Origin: an uncultured Candidatus Rokubacteria bacterium | GTDB lineage: Bacteria > Methylomirabilota > Methylomirabilia > Rokubacteriales > DASRDR01 | Direction: 5' to 3' | Assembly: GCA_963708025.1 (NCBI GenBank) | Contig: CAVPSB010000012.1 | Coordinates: 96,001-160,000 of the forward strand | DNA: 64,000 nucleotides | Part shown: positions 18,626 to 29,799 of the stretch, piece by piece | How the letters are laid out: each line of letters begins with the position of its first letter | Numbering within the stretch: the stretch's first letter is position 1 | Translations under genes and position numbers: made by a program | The notes under the pieces: generated by a model | Told to the model about the DNA's origin: nothing | Databases searched by the model: none | The model's input: the letters and a program-made list of their open reading frames with translations, nothing else

Positions 18626-19693
18626 ATGACTGAGGTCTCCAAGACGAGCATCGCGGTCGCGGGAGCGACCGGGTACATGGGGGCGGAGCTCCTCCGCCTG
18701 CTGCTGGTGCACCCGAAGGTGCGCCTGACCGCCGTGATGGCGTCCGAGCGCTCGGCCGGCGTGCCGGTCGGCCGGCTCATCCCCAGCCTCAGGGGTCAGC
18801 TCTCCCTCACCGTCGAGCCGGTCGACGCCGAGCGGCTCGCCGCTCAGGCCGACTGCGTGATGCTGGCGCTGCCGTACGGCGAGACTCACCCGGTGGTGTC
18901 GGTGCTCCGCCGTCACGGCCGGCGGGTGATCGATCTCTCGTCCGACTACCGGCTCCGGAGCGCCGCCGAGTTCGAGGCCTGGTACCGGACGGCCCATACC
19001 GATCCCGAGGGCCTGGCCGAAGCGGTCTACGGGCTGCCCGAGCTGTACCGGAAGGAGATCGCCGCCAGCCGGCTCGTCGCCAATCCGGGCTGCTACCCGG
19101 TGGGCGCGCTGCTGGCGATCGTTCCCTTGATCAAGGCCGGGCTCGGCCGGCCGGACGGCATCATCATCGACTCGAAGTCCGGTGTCACCGGCGCCGGGTC
19201 GATGAGCCAGAAGCCGGACCCGATGTACCTCTTCGCGGAGCAGAACGAGAACCTGATGGCCTACGGGATCGCCAAGCATCGGCACACGCCGGAGATCGAG
19301 CAGGCGCTAGCCGGGATCGTCGGGTCCCCGGTCCCGGTGAGCTTCACGCCGCACCTGGTCCCCATGAACCGGGGCATCTTCACGACGGCCTACGTGTCGC
19401 TCGCGCGCCCGGCTTCGACGGCCGACTGCCTGGGAGTCTACCGGGAGGCGTACGCCGGCGAGCCCTTCGTGCGGGTGCTCGAGGAGGGGGAGCTGCCCCG
19501 GACGCGGGCGGTCCTCGGCTCGAACCTCTGCGACCTCACGGTGGTCGTGGACGAGCGGAACGGCCGGGCGGTCTGCCTGTCCGCCATCGACAACCTCGGC
19601 AAGGGCGGCGCCGCCAACGCGGTCCAGAACCTCAACATCATGCACGGCTGGGACGAGCGTACGGGTCTCGAAGCCCCCCCGGTGTACCCATGA
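18626..19693 (+). CDS. argC: N-acetyl-gamma-glutamyl-phosphate reductase
   Basis: GATGYMG, DLSSDYR, ANPGCYP, HRHTPEI, IDNLGKG. Confidence 0.95.
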   Translation: MTEVSKTSIAVAGATGYMGAELLRLLLVHPKVRLTAVMASERSAGVPVGRLIPSLRGQLSLTVEPVDAERLAAQADCVMLALPYGETHPVVSVLRRHGRRVIDLSSDYRLRSAAEFEAWYRTAHTDPEGLAEAVYGLPELYRKEIAASRLVANPGCYPVGALLAIVPLIKAGLGRPDGIIIDSKSGVTGAGSMSQKPDPMYLFAEQNENLMAYGIAKHRHTPEIEQALAGIVGSPVPVSFTPHLVPMNRGIFTTAYVSLARPASTADCLGVYREAYAGEPFVRVLEEGELPRTRAVLGSNLCDLTVVVDERNGRAVCLSAIDNLGKGGAANAVQNLNIMHGWDERTGLEAPPVYP

Positions 19694-19700
19694 GCGGGCT

Positions 19701-20007
19701 CGGGCCGATACCCGTCGCAACCTCCATCTCGGCCGTGACGCGGTCGGCCTGGGTCGATTGACGGCCTCCGGCCTGTGGCGGACGGCCTTCGGCCTGGGGG
19801 CGGACGTCCCGGCCTATGGTCGTCCTCGGTCGTCGACGGGCCTCCCGCAAGGGAGCGACGCCCGGAGGGCCGAAGGCCCGGAGCGTCGCGACCAGGTGGT
19901 CAATCGCGGCATACGCCTCGGCCCGCCTCCTCCCTGCGTCGATTGGACGGCCTTCGGCCTGTGGCGGACGGCCTTCGGCCTGAGGGGGCTGCTCGGGTCT
20001 CGGCCCG
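19701..20007. repeat. Long (307 bp) variant of palindromic element family A
   Basis: Terminal IR cgggccgatacccg/cgggtctcggcccg; internal ~48-bp direct repeat (19753-19800, 19938-19987) of ggcc-ttc-ggcc hairpins; shares gcggcatacgcct and tccctgcgtc. Confidence 0.8.
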
Positions 20008-20053
20008 GTACCACGGCCAGCGTGCCAAACATGTCTTACGCGAGGGTTGACCC

Positions 20054-21286
20054 ATGAGTGGCGCGATGGCCGACCTCGAGTGGCTGGAGGGGGGGATCAC
20101 CGCCGTTCCCGGCATCTTCGGGGCCGGTCTCCACTGCGGGATCAAGCCGACGCCGGGCGCGCGTGACCTGGCGCTGGTCTACTCGTCGGCGCCGGCGACG
20201 GTTGCCGGCGTGTTCACCACCAACCGCGTCCAGGGGGCGCCGGTCAAGGTCACCCGGGAGCGCGTGCGAAGCGGCGTCGCCCAGGCCATCGTCGCCTCCA
20301 GCGGCTGCTCCAACGTCTGCACGGGAGAGCAGGGGCTCCGCGACGCCCGGGAGATGACCGACGTCGTTGCCCGCGAGCTGCGCATCCCGGAGGAGCGGGT
20401 CCTGGTCGCCTCGACCGGCATCATCGGCCGGTATCTGCCGATGGATCGGATCCGCCCGGCTCTGCCCAAGCTCGTCAAGGCGCTCTCGCCGCGACCCCAG
20501 GGCAGCCGGCACGCCGCCGAAGGCATCATGACGACGGACACGCATCCCAAGGAGGCTGCCCTGCGGGTGGACATCGGGGGCCGGCCGATCACCATCGGCG
20601 CCATCGCCAAGGGCACGGGGATGATCCACCCTATGATGGCGACCATGTTCTGCTTCGTGGCGACCGATCTGGCGGTGGACCGGGACGCCCTCCAGGCCGC
20701 CCTCCGGCGGGCGGTCGGCGGCTCCTTCAACCGGATCAGCGTCGATGGCGACCGGAGCACCAGCGACAGCGTGCTGGTCCTGGCCAACGGGCTGGCTGAG
20801 AACCGACGGCTGGCCCGGGGCGACCGGCGGCTCCGGATCTTCCAGCAGGCGCTCGACGCCATCACCCAGCGGCTGGCTGTCATGCAGGTCCGGGACGGCG
20901 AGGGCGCCACCTGCGTGGTCGACATCCAGGTCCGCGGCGCCAAGACCCGGCGGGACGCCGAGGTGGCGGCCCGGGCCGTCGCCAACTCCCCGCTCTTCAA
21001 GACCGCGCTGGCCGGCCGGGACCCGAACTGGGGCCGGATCATGTCGGCGATCGGCGCCTCCGGCGTGGCGGTGCAGGAGGAGCGGATCGGCATCTGGTAC
21101 GGCGACGAGCAGGTGGCGGCGAACGGCAAGCCGAAGGACGAGGTCCGCTGGGAGCGGGTGAAGGCCGAGCTGGCCCGGCCCGACATCACGGTGGCGGTGG
21201 ACCTGGGCCTGGGCGGCGCCCACGATCACGTCTGGACCTGCGACCTGACCCAGGACTACGTTAAGATAAACACGGGCACCAGTTGA
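20054..21286 (+). CDS. argJ: Ornithine acetyltransferase
   Basis: IMTTDT, AKGTGMIHPMMATMF, VDGDRSTSD, RDGEGAT, DPNWGRI, TCDLT. Confidence 0.95.
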   Translation: MSGAMADLEWLEGGITAVPGIFGAGLHCGIKPTPGARDLALVYSSAPATVAGVFTTNRVQGAPVKVTRERVRSGVAQAIVASSGCSNVCTGEQGLRDAREMTDVVARELRIPEERVLVASTGIIGRYLPMDRIRPALPKLVKALSPRPQGSRHAAEGIMTTDTHPKEAALRVDIGGRPITIGAIAKGTGMIHPMMATMFCFVATDLAVDRDALQAALRRAVGGSFNRISVDGDRSTSDSVLVLANGLAENRRLARGDRRLRIFQQALDAITQRLAVMQVRDGEGATCVVDIQVRGAKTRRDAEVAARAVANSPLFKTALAGRDPNWGRIMSAIGASGVAVQEERIGIWYGDEQVAANGKPKDEVRWERVKAELARPDITVAVDLGLGGAHDHVWTCDLTQDYVKINTGTS

Positions 21287-21296
21287 TGCCCGATCC

Positions 21297-21356
21297 CGCA
21301 CGCGCCCCAGCATCGGTGGCGACGACCTGACGGCGTCGGCCCGGGGCGCGGAGGCG
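21297..21356 (+). promoter_or_regulatory. Putative S2 (rpsB) autoregulatory leader
   Basis: gca-cgcgcccc..ggggcgcg-gagg stem resembling the conserved rpsB leader layout. Confidence 0.55.
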
Positions 21357-21379
21357 AAAACCGAAGCCAAGGAGGCGGA

Positions 21380-22174
21380 ATGTCCCAGATCACGATGAAG
21401 GAGCTGCTGGAGGCCGGGGTCCACTTCGGTCACCAGACGAAGCGCTGGAACCCGAAGATGGCGAAGTACATCTTCGGCGAGCGGAACGGGATCTACATCA
21501 TCGATCTCCAGAAGACGTTGAAGAAGTTCCGGGAGGCGTACCTGTTCACCCGCAACCTGGCCGCCGAGGGCGGGAGCGTGCTCTTCGTCGGCACCAAGAA
21601 GCAGGCGCAGGAGACGATCGCCGAGGAATCCGCCCGCTGCGGGATGTTCTTCGTGAACCAGCGGTGGCTCGGCGGCACCCTGACGAACTTCACCACCATT
21701 CGGAAGTCGATCAACCACCTCAAGCGCCTGGACGAGATGCAGGAGACCGGCGAGTTCGAACGGCTCCCGAAGAAGGAGGTGCTCGGGCTCGAGCGGGAGC
21801 GCGCGAAGCTCGAGAAGGCGCTGTCCGGGATCAAGCAGATGGAGCGGCTGCCGTCGGCAGTGTACATCATCGATCCCCGCAAGGAGCGGATCGCGGTGGC
21901 CGAAGCCCAGAAGCTGACGATCCCGATCATCGCGATCGTCGACACGAACTGCGACCCGACGGGCATCGACTACCCGGTGCCCGGCAACGACGACGCCATC
22001 CGGGCGATCCGCCTCATCACCTCCCGGATCGCGGATGCCGTGATCGAGGGGCAGGGCGCCGTGAGCAAGGGTGGGGGCGGGGAGACGCCGGCCGAGCCGG
22101 AACTGCCGGCGGCCCCCGTGGCTGTCGCGGCGGAGATGCCCGGAGTCGAGGAGCCGGTGTCCGCCAGCTCCTAG
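21380..22174 (+). CDS. rpsB: 30S ribosomal protein S2
   Basis: [45 protein letters not shown]. Confidence 0.97.
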   Translation: MSQITMKELLEAGVHFGHQTKRWNPKMAKYIFGERNGIYIIDLQKTLKKFREAYLFTRNLAAEGGSVLFVGTKKQAQETIAEESARCGMFFVNQRWLGGTLTNFTTIRKSINHLKRLDEMQETGEFERLPKKEVLGLERERAKLEKALSGIKQMERLPSAVYIIDPRKERIAVAEAQKLTIPIIAIVDTNCDPTGIDYPVPGNDDAIRAIRLITSRIADAVIEGQGAVSKGGGGETPAEPELPAAPVAVAAEMPGVEEPVSASS

Positions 22175-22230
22175 CGTTACGGGGGTCGCGAGAGGCGCCC
22201 CGGTCGATCCCGAGGAGGAGTCCAGGAACC

Positions 22231-23620
<1,390 letters not shown>

Positions 23621-23640
23621 TCCGGGATCGAGGTAGAGAC

Positions 23641-24207
23641 ATGGCGACGACGACGCAAGCGGTCCACAAAGACGCCGAGACCCGGATGCAGGGGGCGATC
23701 GACACGCTCGGGCGCGAGTTCGCCGGGGTCCGGACCGGTCGGGCGAGCACGGCCCTCCTCGAGCACATCCGGGTCGACTACTACAACACGCTGACGCCCG
23801 TCTCCCAGGTGGCCAGCCTGTCGGTGCCCGACCCCCGCACGCTCCTGATCCAGCCCTGGGACGCCAGCCTCCTCTCCAAGATCGAGAAGGCGGTCCAGAA
23901 GTCGGATCTCGGGTTGACTCCCGCCAACGACGGCAAGGTGATCCGCCTGAGCATGCCGCCGCTGAACGAGGAGCGCCGGAAGCAGCTGGCCAAGGCGGTC
24001 GGCAAGCTCGCCGAGGAGGGTCGGGTGGCGGTGCGGAACATCCGTCGCGAGGCGAAAGACAAGCTCCGCGCCCTGGGCAAGGACAAGAAGATCTCCGAGG
24101 ACGACGAGAAGCGCGGCGAGACGGAGCTGCAGAAGTTGACCGACCGCTTCATCCAGCGGGTGGACGAGCTCCTCGAGAAGAAGGAGCAGGAGATCCTCGA
24201 GTTTTGA
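23641..24207 (+). CDS. frr: Ribosome recycling factor
   Basis: RTGRAS, LIQPWD, PPLNEERRK, RVAVRNIRR. Confidence 0.96.
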   Translation: MATTTQAVHKDAETRMQGAIDTLGREFAGVRTGRASTALLEHIRVDYYNTLTPVSQVASLSVPDPRTLLIQPWDASLLSKIEKAVQKSDLGLTPANDGKVIRLSMPPLNEERRKQLAKAVGKLAEEGRVAVRNIRREAKDKLRALGKDKKISEDDEKRGETELQKLTDRFIQRVDELLEKKEQEILEF

Positions 24208-25022
24208 CCGCCCCGGGGCCCGGGGGGGAGCGGGCGTTCGGCGCTGACGGGCTGGTATCCGGACACCCGGAGCCGCCGACGTCGACCGAGCCGGACGCCG
24301 AGCTGCTGGACAGCCTCCGCGAGCGGCCCCTCCCTCGCCACGTCGCCATCATCATGGACGGGAACGGCCGGTGGGCCGGCACCCGCGGCCTGCCGAGAGT
24401 CGCCGGGCACCGCGAAGGGGTCAAGGCGGCCCGGGCGACGGTTCGGACCGCCTCCCGGCTGGGCCTCGAGTACCTCACGCTGTACGCCTTCTCGTCCGAG
24501 AACTGGACCCGGCCGGTCGCCGAGGTCGACTTCCTCATGCGGCTCCTCGAGAGCTCGGTGGACGCGGAGTTGCCCGAGCTCTCCCGAAACAACGTCCGAC
24601 TGCGGGTGCTCGGCGAGACCAGCGGCCTCGCGGCCGGGGTGCGGGCGGCCATCGACCGGGCGATGAGGGCCACCGCCGGGAACTCCGGCCTGACGCTCCT
24701 GATCGCGCTGAATTACGGGGGGCGACGGGAGCTGGTCCGGGCGATCCAGACGGTCGCCGGCCGGGTGGCGCGCGGGGAGCTCCGACCCGAGACCATCGGC
24801 GAGGGAGAGGTGACGGCGGCGCTCGACACGGCGGGCATGCCCGATCCGGACCTCCTCATCCGGACGAGCGGCGAGTTCCGCCTCTCGAACTTCCTGCTCT
24901 GGCAGGTCGCCTACACGGAGCTCCTGGTCTTGCCGGTCCTCTGGCCCGACTTCTCCCCCCGGGACCTCTGCCTGGCGGTGGCGGAGTATCAGCGCAGGAG
25001 TCGCCGCTTCGGCGGCGTCTGA
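24204..25022 (+). CDS. uppS: Undecaprenyl diphosphate synthase
   Basis: HVAIIMDGNGRWA, YAFSSENW, IRTSGEFRLSNFLLWQ; start uncertain. Confidence 0.93.
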   Translation: MTAPGPGGERAFGADGLVSGHPEPPTSTEPDAELLDSLRERPLPRHVAIIMDGNGRWAGTRGLPRVAGHREGVKAARATVRTASRLGLEYLTLYAFSSENWTRPVAEVDFLMRLLESSVDAELPELSRNNVRLRVLGETSGLAAGVRAAIDRAMRATAGNSGLTLLIALNYGGRRELVRAIQTVAGRVARGELRPETIGEGEVTAALDTAGMPDPDLLIRTSGEFRLSNFLLWQVAYTELLVLPVLWPDFSPRDLCLAVAEYQRRSRRFGGV

Positions 25023-25098
25023 GGGGTCAGGCCTTTCAATCTTGCCTTTCCGTCTCGGCCGATACTTCGAGATTGTATAGATTGAAAGGCCTGACCCC
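25023..25098. mobile_element. 76-bp MITE-like element with perfect 20-bp terminal inverted repeats
   Basis: ggggtcaggcctttcaatct (25023-25042) / agattgaaaggcctgacccc (25079-25098); AT-rich relative to surroundings. Confidence 0.75.
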
Positions 25099-25915
25099 AC
25101 TCCTTCAGCGCGTGGTGATCGCCGTCGTCGGCATCCCGCTGGTCGTGATCGTCGTCGCGTTCGGCCCGTCCTGGCTGTTCACGGGCCTCATTCTCGGGCT
25201 GGTCCTGGTCGGCCAGTGGGAGCTGTACCGGATGTTCGCCCGGGTCGGGGTTCGGGCCGACGCCGGCTCGGGTCTCCTCCTCGGGAGCGTCGTGGTCCTG
25301 GCCTTCGCCCTCGACGGAGCCACCCGACCCTGGCTGGTGCCGCTGGCGCTCTCGCTCGCGGTGGCGGGAACCCTCGCGCTCGGGCTCCGTCGCGTGGTCG
25401 GGCCCCGGCTGGACTCGGCCGGGATCGCGCTGACGCTGCTGGGCATCTGCTACTGCGCCTGGCTGCTGGGCCACGCCATCTGGCTGCGGGCGCTGCCGCA
25501 TGGCGCCGGACTGACCGTGCTCGTGCTCGGCGTCACCTGGTGCGGGGAAACGGCGGCCTATTTCGTCGGCCGACGCTGGGGGCGGCGGAAGCTGGCGCCC
25601 CGGATCAGCCCGGGGAAGACCGTCGAGGGCGGCATCGCGCAGGTGGTGGCGTCGGTCGGCGCCGGCCTGGTTGCCGCGCTCTGGGCGCCGCTCCCGGCCA
25701 TCACGCCGCTCCACGGCCTCGGGATCGGCGCGACACTGGGACTGCTCGGCCAGGTCGGCGACCTGGCCGAGTCGTTTCTCAAGCGCAGCGCCGAGACCAA
25801 GGACGCCAGCGGGCTCATTCCGGGGCACGGCGGCCTGCTCGATCGGCTGGACTCCTTGCTCTTCAACGTGCCGGCCCTGTATTATTATGTGAAAGTTTTT
25901 GCTAGCGCTTCATGA
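25082..25915 (+). CDS. cdsA: Phosphatidate cytidylyltransferase
   Basis: AYFVGRRWG.RKLAPRISPGKTVEG, GDLAESFLKR, KDAS..IPGHGGLLDRLDS; start assumed to be TTG 25082. Confidence 0.92.
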   Translation: MKGLTPLLQRVVIAVVGIPLVVIVVAFGPSWLFTGLILGLVLVGQWELYRMFARVGVRADAGSGLLLGSVVVLAFALDGATRPWLVPLALSLAVAGTLALGLRRVVGPRLDSAGIALTLLGICYCAWLLGHAIWLRALPHGAGLTVLVLGVTWCGETAAYFVGRRWGRRKLAPRISPGKTVEGGIAQVVASVGAGLVAALWAPLPAITPLHGLGIGATLGLLGQVGDLAESFLKRSAETKDASGLIPGHGGLLDRLDSLLFNVPALYYYVKVFASAS

Positions 25916-25946
25916 TGAAACAAGACTGCGTGATGGGTGGCACCGC

Positions 25947-27113
25947 GTGAAGGCCGTCACCGTGCTGGGCTCGACGGGGTCCGTCGGTCGGCGGACCCTC
26001 GAGCTGATTGCCGGGTTCCCCGACGAATTTCGCGTGGGGGGCCTGGCCGCCCGCGGGTCGAACGTCGCGCTCGTCGCCGAGCAGGTCCGGCTCCATCGTC
26101 CGGACGCCGTCGCGTTGCTCGATCCGGTCGCCGCCGACACCCTCGCCCGCGCGCTGCCCGAGCCCCGGCCGGAGCTCCTGGCCGGGCCCGAGGGCCTCGT
26201 CGCCCTCGCCGCCTCGGTGAAGGCGGACGTCGTCGTCTCGGCGCTGGTGGGCGGGGCCGGCCTCTTGCCGACGCTCGCCGCGATTCGCGCCGGCCGCACG
26301 GTGGCCCTGGCCAACAAGGAGACGCTGGTGATGGCCGGCGCCCTCATGACGGCGGCGGCCCGCGAGCACGGCGTGGCGCTCCTCCCCGTGGACTCGGAGC
26401 ACAGCGCCATCTTCCAGTGCCTCGCCGGTGGCCGGATGAGCGAGGTCAAGCGACTCGTCCTGACGGCATCGGGTGGCCCGTTCGCCAGGCTCTCGGCGGA
26501 GGCCCTGGAGGGGGTCACCGTCGCCCAGGCGCTCCAGCACCCCACGTGGCGAATGGGGGCAAAGATCACCATCGACTCCGCCACGCTGATGAACAAGGGC
26601 CTCGAAGTGATCGAGGCCCACTGGCTCTTCGGCGCGCCGTTCGAGCGGGTGGACGTGGTCATCCACCCCCAGTCGATCGTCCACTCCATGGTCGAGTTCA
26701 TCGACGGCTCGGTGCTGGCTCAGCTGGGTATGCCGGACATGGGCATTCCGATCCTGTACGCGCTGAGCCATCCCTACCGGCTGCCCTGTCCGGCCCCGAC
26801 GCTCGATCTGGTGAAGGTCGGGGCCTTGACCTTCGACGCGCCCGACACCATCCGGTTCCCCTGTCTCCGGCTGGCCCGGGAGGCGGGGGTGGCCGGCGGG
26901 GCGGCACCCGTCGTGCTGAACGCCGCCAACGAGGTCGCGGTGGCGGCCTTCCTGGACGGCGGCTGTGGCTTCATGGACATTCCGCGGCTGATCGGGGAAG
27001 CGCTCGACCGGCACGCGGCCGCAACGGCGATTGATCTCGAAAGCTGTCTCGCGGTCGATGCCGAGGTGCGCCGCTGGACGGGAGCCGCTGTCGCCGGGAG
27101 AATGACGTCGTGA
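25947..27113 (+). CDS. dxr: 1-deoxy-D-xylulose-5-phosphate reductoisomerase
   Basis: LGSTGSVG, LANKE, PVDSEHSA, HPTWRMGAKITIDSATLMNKGLE. Confidence 0.96.
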   Translation: MKAVTVLGSTGSVGRRTLELIAGFPDEFRVGGLAARGSNVALVAEQVRLHRPDAVALLDPVAADTLARALPEPRPELLAGPEGLVALAASVKADVVVSALVGGAGLLPTLAAIRAGRTVALANKETLVMAGALMTAAAREHGVALLPVDSEHSAIFQCLAGGRMSEVKRLVLTASGGPFARLSAEALEGVTVAQALQHPTWRMGAKITIDSATLMNKGLEVIEAHWLFGAPFERVDVVIHPQSIVHSMVEFIDGSVLAQLGMPDMGIPILYALSHPYRLPCPAPTLDLVKVGALTFDAPDTIRFPCLRLAREAGVAGGAAPVVLNAANEVAVAAFLDGGCGFMDIPRLIGEALDRHAAATAIDLESCLAVDAEVRRWTGAAVAGRMTS

Positions 27114-28561
27114 GCATCATGGTGAGTGCAGTCCTGGTCGTGGGCGCCCTCCAGCTTTTCGGCGGGGGGGCGTTCCCCGGTTCGACGGTGGTGGTGAGCC
27201 TCATCGCCCTGGGCGTCCTCATCTTCATCCATGAGCTGGGCCATTTCCTGGTTGCCAAGGCGGTCGGCGTCGGCGTGGAGCGGTTCTCTCTCGGCTTCGG
27301 GCCCCGTCTCTGGTCTTTTCGTCGCGGGGAGACCGAATACTGCATCTCGGTGGTGCCGCTCGGCGGGTACGTCAAGATGGTCGGGGAGGAGGCCCACGGC
27401 GAGGACGCGATCCACCCGGGAGCCGCGACGCCCGGGGAGGTGCGGAGCGATCCCCGGAAGTCGTTTGCCCTGAAGCCGCTCTGGACTCGGGCCCTCATCG
27501 TCTTCGCCGGCCCCGCCATGAACTTCGTCCTGGCCGCCGTGATCTTCGCGGCCATTTCCCTGGCCGTCGGTGTCGCGGTCCCGCCCAACGCCGTCGTGGG
27601 CCGCGTCCTCCCCGAGTCGCCGGCCGTGGCCGCCGGCCTGCAGCCGGGCGACCAGGTGGCGGCGGTGAACGGCCAGCCGATCCGGTACTGGAGCCAGATC
27701 GAGGAGGCGGTCGCCCGATCGAACGGGCAGCCACTCACCCTGACGGTGATCCGGGAGGGTCAGCGGCAGCAAGTGTCGGTCGCGGCACGGCGGATGCCGA
27801 GCCGCACGCCGTTCGGCGAGCCGACCGAGGTCTGGGGCCTCGGAGCCACGCCCTACCTCCCGCCGGTGGTCGGCGGGCTGCGCCCGGGCATGCCGGCCGC
27901 CGAAGCGGGCCTGCGGCCAGGGGATCGCATCCTGGCCATCGACGGGCAGCCCATCCGGACGTGGGACGAGATGGCGGAGCTCATCAGCAAGCGCGCCGGG
28001 GAGCGGGTGGCGCTGACCATCGAGCGGAGCGGTCAGCGTCTCGAGATCGCGGTGACGCCGCAGGCGGTGACGGAGCGGGATCCGCTCGGTCGCGAGACGA
28101 AGGTGGGACGGATCGGGATCGAGCTGCCCCAGACCTTCGAGCGGACCGACCCCCTGTCGGCGATCGCCCGGGGCGTCCAGCGGACCTGGGACGTGTCGGT
28201 GCTGACGCTCCTGTCGTTCTGGAAGCTCTTGACCGGGATCATCCCGGCCTCCAACATCGGCGGGCCCCTCCAGATCGGCATGGCCGCCGGCCAGGCGGCC
28301 CAGGAAGGGTTCGGCCCGTACGCCTTCCTGGTCGGCGTCATCAGCATCAACCTGGCCATCCTGAACCTGCTGCCGGTGCCGATGCTCGACGGCGGCCACC
28401 TGCTCTTCTTCGCCATCGAGGCCGTGATGGGACGCGCGCTCTCGGTCCGGAAGCGGGAGATCGCCCAGCAGATCGGGCTCGCGCTCCTGCTCCTGCTCAT
28501 GGTGTTCGCCCTCGGCAACGACCTCCTCCGCCTCCCGCTGGTGGACAAGCTCTTCAAATAG
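27110..28561 (+). CDS. rseP: RIP metalloprotease RseP with two PDZ domains
   Basis: HELGH, PLGGYVKM, AGPAMN, NLLPVPMLDGG. Confidence 0.94.
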   Translation: MSIMVSAVLVVGALQLFGGGAFPGSTVVVSLIALGVLIFIHELGHFLVAKAVGVGVERFSLGFGPRLWSFRRGETEYCISVVPLGGYVKMVGEEAHGEDAIHPGAATPGEVRSDPRKSFALKPLWTRALIVFAGPAMNFVLAAVIFAAISLAVGVAVPPNAVVGRVLPESPAVAAGLQPGDQVAAVNGQPIRYWSQIEEAVARSNGQPLTLTVIREGQRQQVSVAARRMPSRTPFGEPTEVWGLGATPYLPPVVGGLRPGMPAAEAGLRPGDRILAIDGQPIRTWDEMAELISKRAGERVALTIERSGQRLEIAVTPQAVTERDPLGRETKVGRIGIELPQTFERTDPLSAIARGVQRTWDVSVLTLLSFWKLLTGIIPASNIGGPLQIGMAAGQAAQEGFGPYAFLVGVISINLAILNLLPVPMLDGGHLLFFAIEAVMGRALSVRKREIAQQIGLALLLLLMVFALGNDLLRLPLVDKLFK

Positions 28562-28569
28562 AGGTGCAC

Positions 28570-29685
28570 ATGACGACCGGCGGCTTCCTCGGATCGCGTC
28601 GGCGGACCCGCCCGCTCCAGCTCGCCAAGGTGCAGGTGGGGGGCGAGGCGCCGATCACCGTCCAGTCCATGACGAAGACGGACACCCGGGACGTGGAGGC
28701 GACCGTCGACCAGATCTGGGCGCTCGAGGCCGCCGGCTGCGAGATCGTCCGGTTGGCGGTTCCGGTCAAGGAGGCCGCCGAGAAGCTCGCCGCCATCAAG
28801 AAGCAGATCCGCATTCCCCTGGTGGCCGACATCCACTTCAACTACAAGCTCGCGCTCATCGCCCTCGAGCAGGGCGTCGACGGCCTCCGGCTGAATCCGG
28901 GCAACATCGGCGGCAAGCCGTTCGTCATGGAGGTCGTCGGCCTGGCCAAGGAGCGACAGATCCCCATCCGGATCGGCGTCAACGCCGGCTCGCTGGAGAA
29001 GGACCTCCTGGCCCGCGACAACGGTCCGACCGCGCGCGGCATGGTCGATTCGGCCCTCCGCCACATCCGGATCCTCGAGGACTGCGGCTACCCGGAGATG
29101 AAGATCTCGCTCAAGGCCTCGGATCCCGCGATGATGATCGAGGCCTACCGGATGCTGGCCGACCAGGTGGACTACCCCTTCCACCTCGGGGTGACGGAGG
29201 CCGGCACGCCGACCGTGGGCGCCATCAAGTCCTCGGTCGGCATCGGGACCCTCCTCGCGGAAGGGATCGGGGACACCATCCGCGTCTCGCTCTCGGCCGA
29301 CCCGGTGGAAGAAGTGCGGGTCGGGCTGGAGATCCTGAAGGCGCTGGGGCTGCGGAAGCAGGGGATCACCTTCGTCTCGTGCCCGGGCTGCGGGCGGATG
29401 GACGTGGACCTGGTGGGGCTGGCGGCGGCCGTGGAGAAGCGGATGGCCGGGGTCGGGAAGAGCATCCACGTGGCGGTGATGGGCTGTGAAGTGAACGGGC
29501 CCGGCGAAGCGCGCGGGGCCGACGTTGGCGTGGCGGGCGGCCGCGGGATCGGCCTCATCTTCCGGAGCGGCGAGGTGGTCCGCAAGGTGCCGGAGGCCCA
29601 GATCGTCAACGCCCTGTGGGAGGAGGCCCAGATCTTCCTTGCCGAGCGGGAGGCGGCCGAGAAGGCCGCCCAGCCGGAGGGCTAA
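28570..29685 (+). CDS. ispG: HMBPP synthase
   Basis: VQSMT, VADIHF, RLNPGN, RIGVNAGSL, SCPGCGR, MGCEVNGPGE. Confidence 0.96.
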   Translation: MTTGGFLGSRRRTRPLQLAKVQVGGEAPITVQSMTKTDTRDVEATVDQIWALEAAGCEIVRLAVPVKEAAEKLAAIKKQIRIPLVADIHFNYKLALIALEQGVDGLRLNPGNIGGKPFVMEVVGLAKERQIPIRIGVNAGSLEKDLLARDNGPTARGMVDSALRHIRILEDCGYPEMKISLKASDPAMMIEAYRMLADQVDYPFHLGVTEAGTPTVGAIKSSVGIGTLLAEGIGDTIRVSLSADPVEEVRVGLEILKALGLRKQGITFVSCPGCGRMDVDLVGLAAAVEKRMAGVGKSIHVAVMGCEVNGPGEARGADVGVAGGRGIGLIFRSGEVVRKVPEAQIVNALWEEAQIFLAEREAAEKAAQPEG

Positions 29686-29710
29686 GAACCATGCAGCAAT
29701 CAGTTCCTCC

Positions 29711-29763
29711 GGCCCCCCTCCCCCCAGTGGGTGGGGGAGGGGGCCAAAGGCCGAAGGCCGTCG
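29711..29763. repeat. Composite of family C hairpin and family A core
   Basis: cccctccccc..gggggagggg hairpin immediately followed by ccaaa-ggccGAAggcc-gtc. Confidence 0.6.
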
Positions 29764-29799
29764 ACGGATCGGGTGGGCGGGAGGTCCCGAATTAAGGCG

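Noticed and set aside
19753-19987. Possible CRISPR array from repeated ggacggccttcggcctg units
   Set aside because: No regular repeat-spacer periodicity, only two blocks, and no cas genes; better explained as family A.
17697-22174. argC-argJ between rplM-rpsI and rpsB
   Set aside because: rplM-rpsI-argC linkage is familiar from other bacterial lineages; no sign of recent insertion.
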